Shown: one piece after another, positions 23,158 to 34,548 of the stretch
Numbering within the stretch: position 1 is the first letter of the stretch
How the letters are laid out: each line of letters starts with the position of its first letter
Source of the DNA: Vitrella brassicaformis CCMP3155
Taxonomy: Eukaryota; Protista; Chromerida
NCBI GenBank assembly: GCA_001179505.1
Contig: CDMY01000176.1
Coordinates: 1 to 64,000 of the forward strand
Length of the DNA: 64,000 nucleotides
Direction of reading: 5' to 3'
Translations under genes and position numbers: made by a program
The notes under the pieces: model-generated
Database searches by the model: none
Told to the model about the DNA's origin: nothing
What the model saw: only the letters and a program-made list of their open reading frames with translations

Positions 23158-26100
23158 TTACATGTGCTGCCGGGTGTAGTGGGAGGTTGGCGGATACAGG
23201 AATCCCTGCGCGACCCCAGGTGTGTGGGGAGGTGCTGGGCCGAGTGTGTGTGGAGGCGGGAGGGGCCGCATTGGCAGGGGAGGATGAGGGAATGGTGCAG
23301 AGTGGGGCGGCATGTGGTGCGGTCCATACATGAATGGGAACGGCGGAGGCGGGGGCATCCCCGGCAGGAGGAAACGAACGCCAATGAACTCTGATGAACA
23401 GACACCAGGCAGAAAGAGAAACAGACAGCGGAGTGAACTATGGACTATGTTGAGGCGGTAGTTCACTCCGCTGTCACTGACTTACCGAGCATCTTGACGC
23501 ACAGGTGCCACTTGTAGGGGTTGCCGTGGATGACGATCGGACCCATGGGGGACGGCATGCACACGGGCTTCACCATGGACTCATACTGCGTCATGAAAAA
23601 CGCACAGACATGCATTGCAATCAATATCCAGCCTTGTGTGTGCATGTCATGGATGAGGCACACCCGCAGGAGCTCGGAGGTGATGGTCAGCTTGACGGCG
23701 GGGTCCTTGAGCATGTTCGCGAATAAAGGAGGAATGCGAAAGATGATCTCCAGGAAGGCAAAACGAGCCTGCTCAGGCCTGCACACATTGAATGCATACA
23801 AATGTCCACAGCCCAAAATCTGTCTGTGCGTGGCCGTCCATTCATACGTAGGGTTGGCGCCCAGGCGTTTCATCATGGCCGGCCCCCACGCATCTCTCCA
23901 CCAGCGGTCGTTGGTCTGGGAACAAACTGACAGAGAGGGAGACACACGTGTGATGTGTCGCGTCAGTTCGTGCCTCCTCCTGGCATAAACACACGCGTGT
24001 GTATCTCCTGCAAGCACCTGCATGTACGCGTGTCGAACATGCAGGGCCTCCTCGCGATGGCCGGACAGCAGTAGGTTGACCGCCAAGATGGCACCGAGTT
24101 GGCAGCCGCCGGGCAACTCGGGAATCGACACGTAAGGCACTGTATTGCACGCATTGCACTCATCACACACACAAACGCAAAAAAGCGTTTGGTATATACT
24201 TGTATGTGTTCACCTCCTTGGAGTAATTGGCACACTTTGGTGTAGTCCTGGTTGAAGAGGTACGGCATCATGAGCATGGAAGCCTGAAAAACCTTGTGGA
24301 TGGGCTTGTAATACTCACACTCCTCCGGGGGGCTGCTGGACAACACGCGATCGAACCCTCCAGCACTGGCAGGCAACGGTGGGGAGCAGTCAGTGCCAGT
24401 CACATATTATCTGTGTGGACCCTCCTTTCACTCACCTCACTACGATGGCCTCCAGCAACGTGCATGCCCCGGCAGTGTCTCCAGTGCCAAACCTTCACAG
24501 ACATGTGCACGTCAGACAAGCATTCTTGCCCTACATTCGCGTTCCTCACCTCTTGCCCAGGGCATAGAGCTTCGAGAAGATCGGCGGCGAGTAGTAGCGC
24601 AGGGCCAACTCCTAAACACAACCAGCGAGTGCTCCTGGTGTGTCGTGCCGTCAAAATACTTACCCCTTCGTGCGGTGTCTGCGGTGGAGGAAAAGGGAAG
24701 GGGGGTGCCCCGGGAGGGCGGTGGCGCGCCCACTGCCTCTCCATCTCAGTTAGCATGATGGAGTCACTGACGGCCTTGGCCATCCACACATGCGCCCGCA
24801 CGCTTCCGTGCCGACGAATCTGTACAGGCAGGCAAAAAGGAATGATAAGAAACTAGGTGCGACTGGGTGCCTCCCTTCCTCCCTCCGTTCCTGCCCACGT
24901 CTGTACCTGTCTGAGTAGCGATGCGCCATATTCCCAGTCGGACGGCAGCGACTGGCTCCCGCGGATGTGCAGCACCACAAAGGCCAACCCAAGACCTGAC
25001 AGAGAAAGCGATTCAGGAGCGCCAAGCGCTTTGGTAGTGTCCTTCTGTCTGTCCATTTGTACGGATTCTTCCGAGTATCTGCTGTCCGTCGGGAGGCAGA
25101 TCCGCGCCCATGGCAGAGAAGAGCCCGTCGAGACGCAGGACGACGTTGACCAGACCTGCAAGACGCAGATCGATCAAGAAGAGGGGCATTGCATGCGTTG
25201 ACATAACGATGTTCTCTGCAGAGACATAGATACCCTCAATGAAGTTGGCCCCATCGAGCATGTCCAGCACCATGCCGTCCCACCCCTCCACTGCGGGCGC
25301 CGTGTCGGCCGTTGGGTCGCCCGCCATCTGCCAGGGGGGAACCCAAAACATTGGCATGGGAGCGGCATGGGACCTGAGACACCAGGAGATAGTACCGATG
25401 GAGGCTCATCTATATTTCCTGCCCGTCTGAGTACATGTAGGTGAATTTGAGTCTCTTCAGCAGTGTTCTGGCGTTGTCGAAGTGGTTGATGGCCGTGGCC
25501 ACGGCGCACACCAGCTGGCGGGTGAGCTCCAGGACATTGCCCACGGCAGGCACTACTGTCATGATGGTTGTCCACATAGCCAGGAACGGGGCATCCTCGG
25601 CATCTGTGTTGGCACATAATTGCAATACACACGTTTAGAGGCACGTGAATGTGTGTGTGGCTGACCGGCAGCCGCGGTGGCAAGCTGCTCGATTTCGTCT
25701 GGAAAGATTTTGAGTATCTGTTTGAGGACCTTCATGAAGGCTTGGGCGAAGACTGTCTCCCCCATGACCATCGAACAGCACGCCATCACCTGACCGACAC
25801 CAACGAGACATGACCACACGGCGTGCGGGGTGCTGATACCTGTACGGCCTTCCTTTGTGTGTCGTCTGTGGGCTGGTCGTCATCGTCACGATACACCGAC
25901 TTGGCAGCCTGGTACCACTGCACGTGTGACACGAAGGAATGAGTCATGGGGGTGTCCGGCTGTCCTGTCCTATGTGTGTCTCTGCGTGTGCGACGCCTAC
26001 CTCTTTTGCGGTTTTGTGTGCCTTCGAGTAGAGCTTCTTGGCCTTCTTCATGTCATCGTCGCTGGCCTTGGACACGCCGCTGCACCATGGCACACAGAAG

Positions 26101-27100
26101 CCATGACAGCGGATGACATAACGGCACGTGTGTGTCTTGTTTGTGCCCGTCCCTGTTTACCTGATGAGGTATGCCTCCGCGAGTAGGAAGGACGACACGG
26201 GGTCCTTGACGTCATCGGGATCCACATCAGGCGACACCAGAGTATCCCACACCATCGACAGAGCTGATACACGGATACCCAACACAACACACACCATCCA
26301 AATGCAGCCAGCCTTTCTCCCCCCTCTCCCTGCCTGTCTTCTTTTCTTACGTACCTCGTCGCGCCTCGGCATAGATATCCCAGTTGACGTATATGTCCTC
26401 CCACTTGACCTTGGTGCGCCCCAGCCACGGGAACAGCCGAGACACACTGTCTGCGGACACATAGCATCGCCACCCATACAAAGAGAAACAGACAGACGTC
26501 TGCCGCGTCGCCTGCAGGGCTCTCACCGTCGTATGGAATGATTTGGCTGTTCTCGGCCGTGAGCTGCGAGGGCACCGCCAAGACCAGCATACCTGACAAC
26601 GGACCATACACACAGGCACCCCAATGACCGAAGAGATGTGCTATCGAATCGCTTTTTCTCACCGTCAGGTGTGACGGGAGTCGCCTGTGCTGCAGACGAT
26701 GAGAACGAACCCGAGTTGCCGCCGACGACGGGAGGTCCCAGCAGGACGGCTCCCTGCTGCTGCGATGAGGAGGCTACGGGGAACTGATAGGGCGTTGCAC
26801 TGGCCATCGGCACTCCTGAATCGATATCCATGCCATCAATATGCAAGAATGCACCGGGGAGAATGGAATGGCATGTCATTGAATACCTGGATTGGACGGG
26901 ACGGGAAGGAGCGGCGGTGGCAGATAGGGCGGGAACGGACCTGATGACGTCACGGCCACATGCAGAGTGACCTGATGGCTCATTGCTGCCGTCATTCACC
27001 TGTGAAGGGCACACCGGGCGGCCGCGGCCCAGTGGGACCTTCAGGACAACAGAGGAGAGGGTTGTGATGTGAGAGCAATGATGTTCTGCTGATGTCATTA
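23158..27100 (-). CDS. Large multi-exon hypothetical protein with a Pro-rich C-terminus
   Basis: Chain of protein-like minus-strand exons (e.g. VFAQAFMKVLKQILKIFPDEIEQL; WWRDAWGPAMMKRLG; FAFLEIIFRIPPLFANMLKDP) separated by GT-AG introns, ending GMPPPPPFPFMYGP...TRQHM*. No family recognised. Confidence 0.6.
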
Positions 27101-27206
27101 CCTCCTCCAAGCCCAGACATTCTGATGTGATGATGTCCTCGTTTCTGAGCCCAAGTGCAACAAAACGGCGCTTGGGTTTTACGGATGCTCGACATCCTTT
27201 GCGCAA

Positions 27207-27902
27207 ATGATATCATCTCAGCAGTCCCGCAGGCTGCTCCACAGCCTCTCCTCTCTCAGCTGCCCCTCCAGCTCCCCTGCCATCTCCCTGGCGCCCTCGT
27301 CACGCCTGGCGCCCGATGCAACGACCGCAACTGTTAGCTCCTTCCAGCAACTGCGCTTCACCAAGCACCCCTACAAGCCCAAGACACGTGAGGTGGTGCA
27401 CCCCCACATCCCGCACCCCGAGTTCCTGCCCCTGCCCAATTGCTACCGCGCCGTCACAGATCCCAACCAGTCCTTCTACCCTCTCGGCTACAGGGCCGAG
27501 AAGCACATCGAGTCGCTCCGCACAGGCGAGTACCTGGGGGAGGACTACCCTTACAACCTCCTGCAGTGGCGCTACTGGCGGCGGCGGAAGTACAACGTCA
27601 CCCAGCAGACGCACCCATGGTTCACGTCAGAGGTCAAGTGCGTCGACTATCTGCGCCCGTTCGCTGTGTTCACCACGTCGTGGATTGAGAACGGCAGGCA
27701 TCGGGTGCGGCGATTTCGGACGGCGTATGGCGTGCTGCGTGCGAGGCGGGCTGCGGAGAAGTTCCGCATCGACATGATGGCGCTGGGTCGAGTGGACAAC
27801 AGAGCGACGGAGAGGCAGCGGCGGCTCAAGTATCTGGAGGGGCGGGCCGAGAGGCTGCGCAGGAAATACATCTTCCACAAGGTGGCTGCCGGACAGTTCT
27901 GA
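27207..27902 (+). CDS. Intronless AP2-domain protein with a mitochondrial-type presequence (candidate mitoribosomal ApiAP2)
   Basis: 231-aa ORF. Ser/Arg-rich, acid-poor N-terminus ending QQLRF|TK. C-terminal FTTSWIENGRHRVRRFRTAYGVLRARRAAEKFRIDM fits the ApiAP2 pattern WxExGxxxxRxFxxxxGxxxAxxxAxxxR. Confidence 0.8.
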   Translation: MISSQQSRRLLHSLSSLSCPSSSPAISLAPSSRLAPDATTATVSSFQQLRFTKHPYKPKTREVVHPHIPHPEFLPLPNCYRAVTDPNQSFYPLGYRAEKHIESLRTGEYLGEDYPYNLLQWRYWRRRKYNVTQQTHPWFTSEVKCVDYLRPFAVFTTSWIENGRHRVRRFRTAYGVLRARRAAEKFRIDMMALGRVDNRATERQRRLKYLEGRAERLRRKYIFHKVAAGQF

Positions 27903-28476
27903 GGGAAGCTAAGCTGCTGGGGTGTACTCTAGTCATGGTAAGGGACGGGAGCCACACGGGGGAGAGCGGCTCTCACGGGGGCAGCGAGGTGGAATAGGCG
28001 TCTGTCTTGTGATGTGTCCGTATGCAGGTTGTGTCAGTTGTGGCGATGGCATCGTCTGCCGCACACTGCTGAGCTTTTGGCCGTCTTGTTGATACAAGAC
28101 GATTCGTCTACCTTTCCATGTGTGCTGCACGGGCGAGTGGGTGGGTGGGTGCTTGCTGCTTTGTTCTATCGGACTGATTGGCTGGCTGAGTGTGGGTGGC
28201 TCTGTGAGGGATGCATTGCACGCCCCCCATCTGCACGCATCGATTGGCTGTGTTGCCGTAATCGGTGCTTGTTCATCGGGGGCGATGAATGCGTACCTCA
28301 TAGAATCGCTCATCCCAGCGTGTTTTCTGTGTACTGACCGATACATGCAGGGACGCGTGTGCCATAAGTTTGCGATGTCGGCAACATGCAGATCTGAACT
28401 GTCCCCTCCCCCAGCTCAGGCCGCCTAGGGTGCTCCCTGAAACCGCAGCCTGACGAAGGATTTCTTGCAGCGCCGC

Positions 28477-29919
28477 ATGAGTCCTTCAGCGTGCATCCCA
28501 TTCCTCTGGCTCACATTCGTCGGCATCCTCTCGACCCTCAACGCCGACGCGGCATTTTCTCACTCAAGGAGCTTCGCCACCCTCCCGGTCTTCTCGAGGT
28601 CACTGCGAGCAGGCAGGGCCCGACAGAGCCAGCCACCTCTCGCCACAGCAACCCGCAGCTCCAGGACATCTAGCCAGCCACCTCTCGCCTGTGTGTCGTC
28701 GGCTCTCTGCGCCGCTGGGATGAGTGCGCTGAAGCGCGGCCTTGTCGAATCTGCGGTGGTGGCGTTGGGTGTCAATGGCTTGGGGTTCGCCATTTCAGCC
28801 ATCACAGGCACTCAGAAGATTACAGATCTATTCGGTCCGTGCCCTCCCTTCTGACGCGAGAAGGGCAGATGGGCAATCGAATCGATGGGCAGACTCGCAT
28901 CGCATCATGCTGTTTTGTTTCCTGTCGCTGGCTGCAGGTACTGGTTGCTTCGTTCTGACAGCGCTCAACAGCTTCCGTAGCGCAGGGGTGCCCATCGACA
29001 TAGCCAGCCGCCCGGCATTCCTCACAGCGGCCGTGTCCCTGTGGGGGACGAGATTGGCGTCGTTTCTGTTCAACCGGATCCTCAAGACCGGCGAGGACAC
29101 ACGCCTCACCGACCAGTTTCAGAGCACTGGCGGGCTGGCCGCATTCTGGACCGCTCAAACAGTCTGGTACTTCCGCAACACATACACGGGAGGAAACAAA
29201 CGGACAGACAGTGAGAAGTACGTCATGCTTTCGCTCTGCACACGTGGTGGTGTGGGTGCCATGCAGGTGTTGGCTGTCGCTGCTGCCATCGACGGTGGCC
29301 GTGTACAGCAAGGCAGCCACCTCGTTGACGCGATGGGACGCCTTCGGCATCGCGCTCTTCTCCCTAGGGTTCGCATTCGAGACCATTGCCGACAACCAGA
29401 AGTGGGCCAAGAAGCAGCGGGAGATGAAGGGTGAGGCGGCCAAGGGGAAGGGCGACAAGGCCGCCAAGTGGATGGACGAGGGCCTCTGGCGGCTCTGCAG
29501 ATATCCCAACTACTTTGGTGAGTGTGCCTGCGGCGGCCTGGTTTGCATGATCTATTGTTTCTGTGTGAACGTCAGGGGAGATATGTGTGTGGAGCGGTTT
29601 GTATGCCGTCGCCGTGCCGGCCCTCTATCAGGCGTATGGACCTAAGATGGTGCGCTCTTGCCAGCCACTGGCAGACAGACAGACAGACAGACAATGCTGC
29701 TGCAGTGCACATTCGCGATTCCTTTGTCTGTCCGGTTTTCCTCAGGTGGCGTTGGGTGCCTTGTCGCCCGCCTTCGTCTCGTCCCTGCTGCTGTTCGTGT
29801 CGGGAGTGCCGTTGGCTGAGAAGAGGGCAGACAAGCGATTTGGCGACGACCCTCAGTATCAGGAGTACAAGAAGAGCACACCCTTGATCATTCCCGACCT
29901 CACCAAGGTCTTCAAATAG
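28477..29919 (+). CDS. DUF1295 / steroid 5-alpha-reductase-like membrane protein, probably plastid-targeted
   Basis: WGTRLASFLFNRILKTGEDTRL, FETIADNQKW, GLWRLCRYPNYFGE, SGVPLAEKRADKRFG...YQEYKKSTPLIIP. N-terminus is a signal peptide then ...NADA|AFSHSRSF and a Ser/Arg-rich transit-like stretch. Confidence 0.9.
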
Positions 29920-30364
29920 ACACCTCGCTGCCTTTCTGTGGAGGCGCTGTGTTGTATAGCCATGTGGGTGTGTGCGCTTTGGTGTGACTTGCTTGGCTTG
30001 GTCCGTGTATGAGTGAGCATTTGTGAGATTGTCGCTTTCTGTGTAGACGAGAGAGGTGTATTTCATGACAGACCCACCATTGTGACTCGAAGAGTCCAGG
30101 CCGCTGTCCAGGGGGGGGGCACGCACCCACCCACCCATCTTACTTACTGTACATCCATATCATCCAAACCACACACCTAACACTTCGCTTAAACTCATCC
30201 ATCCCACACCCACGAATGGCCTACCACCTAACCGAAGGACGCGCTCTCGCTTGCCCTGTTGTACAGCTAGCTACCAGGGCTAGCTAGACTGAGCGTGCAG
30301 CCATCCATTCTTCTGCCCCCCCATAAACACACCCGCCCACTGACATGACACCCGCCCGTTCAAT

Positions 30365-31593
30365 TCACATGGGCAGTTCCTCAATGGGCGGATTCTGCGA
30401 TCCCGTCTGGTACCGGCGCTGATAGCCTCCGGCTCGCGACTGGCCGGTCTGTCGCGGCTTGCGCTGCGCACCACCGGAGGGGCTCCACGTGCGGGAGCTG
30501 TACGGCTGGTACCCGTTGTCACCCTCCACAGCCGATGCAGCCGACACGCGGCCGTAGAGGCCCTGCGAGAGGTCTTGGGGCGTGGGAGCCGCCTTGTCGC
30601 TGGCCACTGCTGCCGCCGCGGCGTCCATGGCGTAGCCGGCCTGGTCTTGTGCTGCGGCGGCGTAGTTGTTGTTGGAGGCTTGTCTGTCCTCCGGGCTGTC
30701 GAGCATGACCATCTCGCCACGGAAGCGCTGAAGCACGACCTCGGTGGTGAAACGCTCGTTGCCTGCAGCAGGCAGGTCACGTGACACACACACACATCAA
30801 GGAAGTGGCTCGGCGTTCGTTGCGGTGGTTGTGGTACTGACCATCGTTGCCAGCCCATCTGCGTGTCTGCAGCGCACCCTCCAAGTACAGCCGGCGGCCC
30901 TTCCTGGCAGAGGGAGGCGACAGACAGCACAGCACGCCATGCCATGCCATGCCATGCCATGCCAGACGACGATGTGTCGTCTTCCCTCCTGTGTGCAGTG
31001 ACCCTACTTACTTGACGTATTTTTCGACGACTTCCACGAGCTGCTGGTCGTACAGGGCGACACGGTGCCACTCGGTGCGAGTCTTCAGCTCACCCGATGC
31101 CTGATAACACAAGGAATGAAAGACAAACACCGAACGAGCTGTCTTTCCGTGCTTGCTTCCCCGTCAGTCACTGCCTGCCTGCCGGCCTCGGTGCCTCAGT
31201 CACCCGATCTCTCCAGTTCTCAGACGTCGCCAGATTGATGTTGGCGACCTTTTCGCCGTTGGGGAGCAGCCGGATATCGGGGTCAGTCCCCACACGACCC
31301 AACAAACACACCTTGTTGATCGACTTCTCCGACTGAATAAGCAATCAATCAGCCAATCAACCAGCGGCAACAGAGGCGTGTGTGGGCATTCACACCACCG
31401 GCAGTCGGCTCACCATCATGATTCTTGACGGCAGGTTTTGCTGCATCGGCGCCTTGGGCTGCATTCTCCTGGTCTGCGTCGCCTTCATTGAGGATATTGG
31501 GGTGCGGTGGGTGCGTGCGACTCTCTGAGCACTGAGTACAAAGCTCCATGCCGACAGCGGCAGCACGACCAGCAGGGCGACAGAATAAAGCAT
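30365..31593 (-). CDS. ssb: Bacterial-type single-stranded DNA-binding protein, probably plastid-targeted; 5 exons (31593-31414, 31332-31204, 31100-31012, 30903-30842, 30762-30365)
   Basis: In-frame splicing gives SINKVCLLGRVGTDPDIRLLPNGEKVANINLATSENWRDR|ASGELKTRTEWHRVALYD...YVK|KGRRLYLEGALQTRRW...|GNERFTTEVVLQRFRGEMVMLD. Leader MLYSVALLVVLPLSAWS|FVLSAQRVART. Confidence 0.95.
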
Positions 31594-31834
31594 CGATGGA
31601 AGACGGCACTCGCAGATCTTCATTCTGCAGCTGACGGAGGTGGCTGGCGTAGCGTGGAACAGCTGAACTGGTTGTAGCGGCGGGAGAGAAACCGTTTTCA
31701 ACTGCGAGCTGGAAAAGATCGCCGCAGCGAAAGCTGAGAGGATGGAAGGGCCTCCACGTGATGCGACAAGGCTACTAAAGACATAAAGAATCACTCCCGC
31801 AACAAGTTTCGTTCTTATCTGGGCAGCTGCCCCG

Positions 31835-34083
31835 ATGTTGCAAAGGGGCAGAGGGAGGAGGACTTCCTTTCAACCCAGCCTCAGAAACAACTCTCTGCCG
31901 CCGCTCGACGACATCGACATGGGATATTATGACAACGACCTCACTCTAACCGACCTGTTTGCAACCCGTCAACGACTCAGCAGGGGCTCTCGAGCGTCAG
32001 CCGTCGACAAGAAGGTTGACATAGCCCGCAAGCACAAGAGGCTGGTCAAGAGCGTCGACAGCTACCTGTGCACCATGCCTGAGGCCCCGTGCCTGTCTGA
32101 GAGGGAGAGGAGGCTAAGGGATCTCCTGTGGACCAAAGAGGACGTCCCCGCGCTGCCTCGTCATCTGGTGGTAGACGTCAAGCGGCTGACCGATGAGGTG
32201 AACGGGAAGGACCAGCTTCGCTCCCTCACCGAGCGGAGCACCAACAGCCCCAACGCGAGGAAGAGAGACCCGTCTTCTTCTCCGCCTCCACCGCCAGTGG
32301 CCCTTCCCGCCCTCGCCACCAACGCTCCCCAATCGCCGTCGATCGATTGGCCCTTGCCCCCACCTTCGGCTCTGCCGCCCCACGACCGCGCCATCCTCAT
32401 GAATATCTCGCGTCACTTGAAGCTCAAAGTCAACGAAGACAAGAGAAACGAACGGCGCTCCCTGTGCGACAGAATGCGCATCGGCCTGTGGATGGTGGCG
32501 TGCGCCTACAGCGTCAGGGGGTTCGAGGACGCCCTGACTTCAGGCTTCACACGCGCCACCCGTCGTCTGTCTGGCGGTTTCGTGCTGATGGATGGAGAGA
32601 TAGGGGCATCGCCGGTAAGCCGCCGGGATGTTCTCATGCGGCGGCGGGCGGCGCGGCACTCCTGGGGGATGGCGACGAGTGTGATGATGGCGTCCCGGCG
32701 GTTCGTGCGGATGAAGCGGCCGAACCACTCGATAGAGGTCGTCAAGTCGTTCGTCAAGCAGCTCACGTCACTCAAACACTGCATCGAGGTACCTAAGAAT
32801 CAAGAGGCATGAGTGAGTGCCTCATCTTGTCTTGATCCCACTCACCTGCTGCTCTGCTCTGGTCAGCTGCGCAAGAAGGTCCGCAAGATGATGCATGCGA
32901 TAACCCATTTCCAGAGGTCGGCCCGTGTGGGCCTGGCCCGCATCCGTGCCGCCTACGCGGCGATCGAGCGGCAGTGGCTGTGGGTAGAGGCGCTCGTCAT
33001 CGCCCGCACCATCAATGTGGCCGCCGACCGGCTGGCGGGCGACTACACCAAGTACGAGCAGGGCGGCAAGTCGTCCCTGATGGACTTCATTGAGCAGCAC
33101 CGCATCCCTGGCGCATGGAGACACGCCAAGATCAGGTGAGAGGCAGCATGTGAACGAACGGCGTGGGGGAGGCATGGACTTGGTGGACGCGACGTCTGGT
33201 CTGGTGTGTGATTGTGTTGTGTTGTGTTGTGTTATGTTGTGTGTCAGGTCGATTTATGTAGAGAACGCAAATCTGTGGTACGAGCAGTACCAGCAGCACA
33301 AAAAGAGCCTCAAGAAATATGCCAAGGTGAGTGAGAGAGACTCGCGCCACGCCCGCATGCGCCACTCCACTGCGAGCATCAATGTGGTCCCTCCCATGTG
33401 CTGTCTGTGTCGCTTCTATCAGGCGTGTCAGGAGTGGCGTCTGGAGGCCCTGACATACGGCCTCTCCAACCGAAGCAAGTGGCCTTCGATGCCAAGACCA
33501 CCCCGACCACTCCCCGAAGGCCTCACACAGCAGGTCAGTCAGCAAGGGAAAGAAGCTCGTGGCACCCGCCCGCTGCATCATCGAATCGATGAACAATCCT
33601 GTTACCTCCCCTCAGGTGTCTCCCGAGCGTCTGGAGGAGGCGATCCTGAGCAGCACGCACCTTAAGAAGAAGCTGGAGACCACACTCAAGGCCGCCAGCA
33701 ACGCCTTCCTCTCCACCGTCAAACCACCCAAACGGCCCCTCTGCTCCCCAGACCCCTCCTCACAGCTGGCCCCTCCCTCCCCCAGCATGCTCACTTCATT
33801 CGTGCGTGAGTCCCCACGCAGGCTCAGCCTCCGCAGCGCCACCAAGAAGCTGCTGCAGTCCGTCCACGAGCAGCAGAACACGCAGCAGGCCGCTGACGAG
33901 GCTGCATCGATAGCTGCACGGCTGGAGGTTCCGACGGGTGGTGAGCTGAGGCAGACGAGGACGAGCCTGCTGGGTGACTTAGCTATGGTGGCGGCGGAGA
34001 AGGAGAGGGACGGTGGCGTGTCGGAGGGAGCGAAGGCCACGGCGTGGGGGAACGTCGTGTCGCTAGGAGACCCTGACTCGTGA
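31835..34083 (+). CDS. Hypothetical multi-exon protein (basic, helical; possible IQ-like motif)
   Basis: 325-aa first ORF followed by coding-like exons at ~32866-33136, 33249-33326, 33423-33535 and 33616-34083. ITHFQRSARVGLARIR resembles an IQ motif. Confidence 0.6.
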
Positions 34084-34548
34084 CATGGGGGAGGGATGGA
34101 GGGGGGCAGAGGGAATCTGGTAGTCTATGACGTGTGTATGTGATCCGATGAAGGGCCCGGGGTGTTTTCGCTGCACTGACTCTGAGTCACTGTACTGTCT
34201 GTGCTGTGCTGTGCTGTGCTGTAGTGGTCTCGTTTATGTACCGTCGATGTCTGCGTGAACGGTGCAGCGTCGGCCTCCTTCATTCGTAATATATGGGACA
34301 GGACAGACAGACAGGGGGCTCTTCGTCCTTTATCTGTGATGCATGCGTGCATGCGGACTCACTGCTCTGGTCATGAATTCGACCCGCTCCACACTGCAAG
34401 CTTAGCTCAGGGCAAACCAGCTGCGTCCAAGAGCAGCAACATGCAGGGATTCGCTGCATGGGCAGCCGCACAATATATCTGCAATGACAAAACGACCAAC
34501 CACAGACCCCCGTACATCGGGCCAGTCAAACCCTTCTTCTTCGGGTTA

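Noticed and set aside
31349-31609. Alternative acidic frame (NEGDADQENAAQG) for the SSB N-terminus
   Set aside because: Wrong splice phase; only the signal-peptide frame joins SEKSINK in phase 0.
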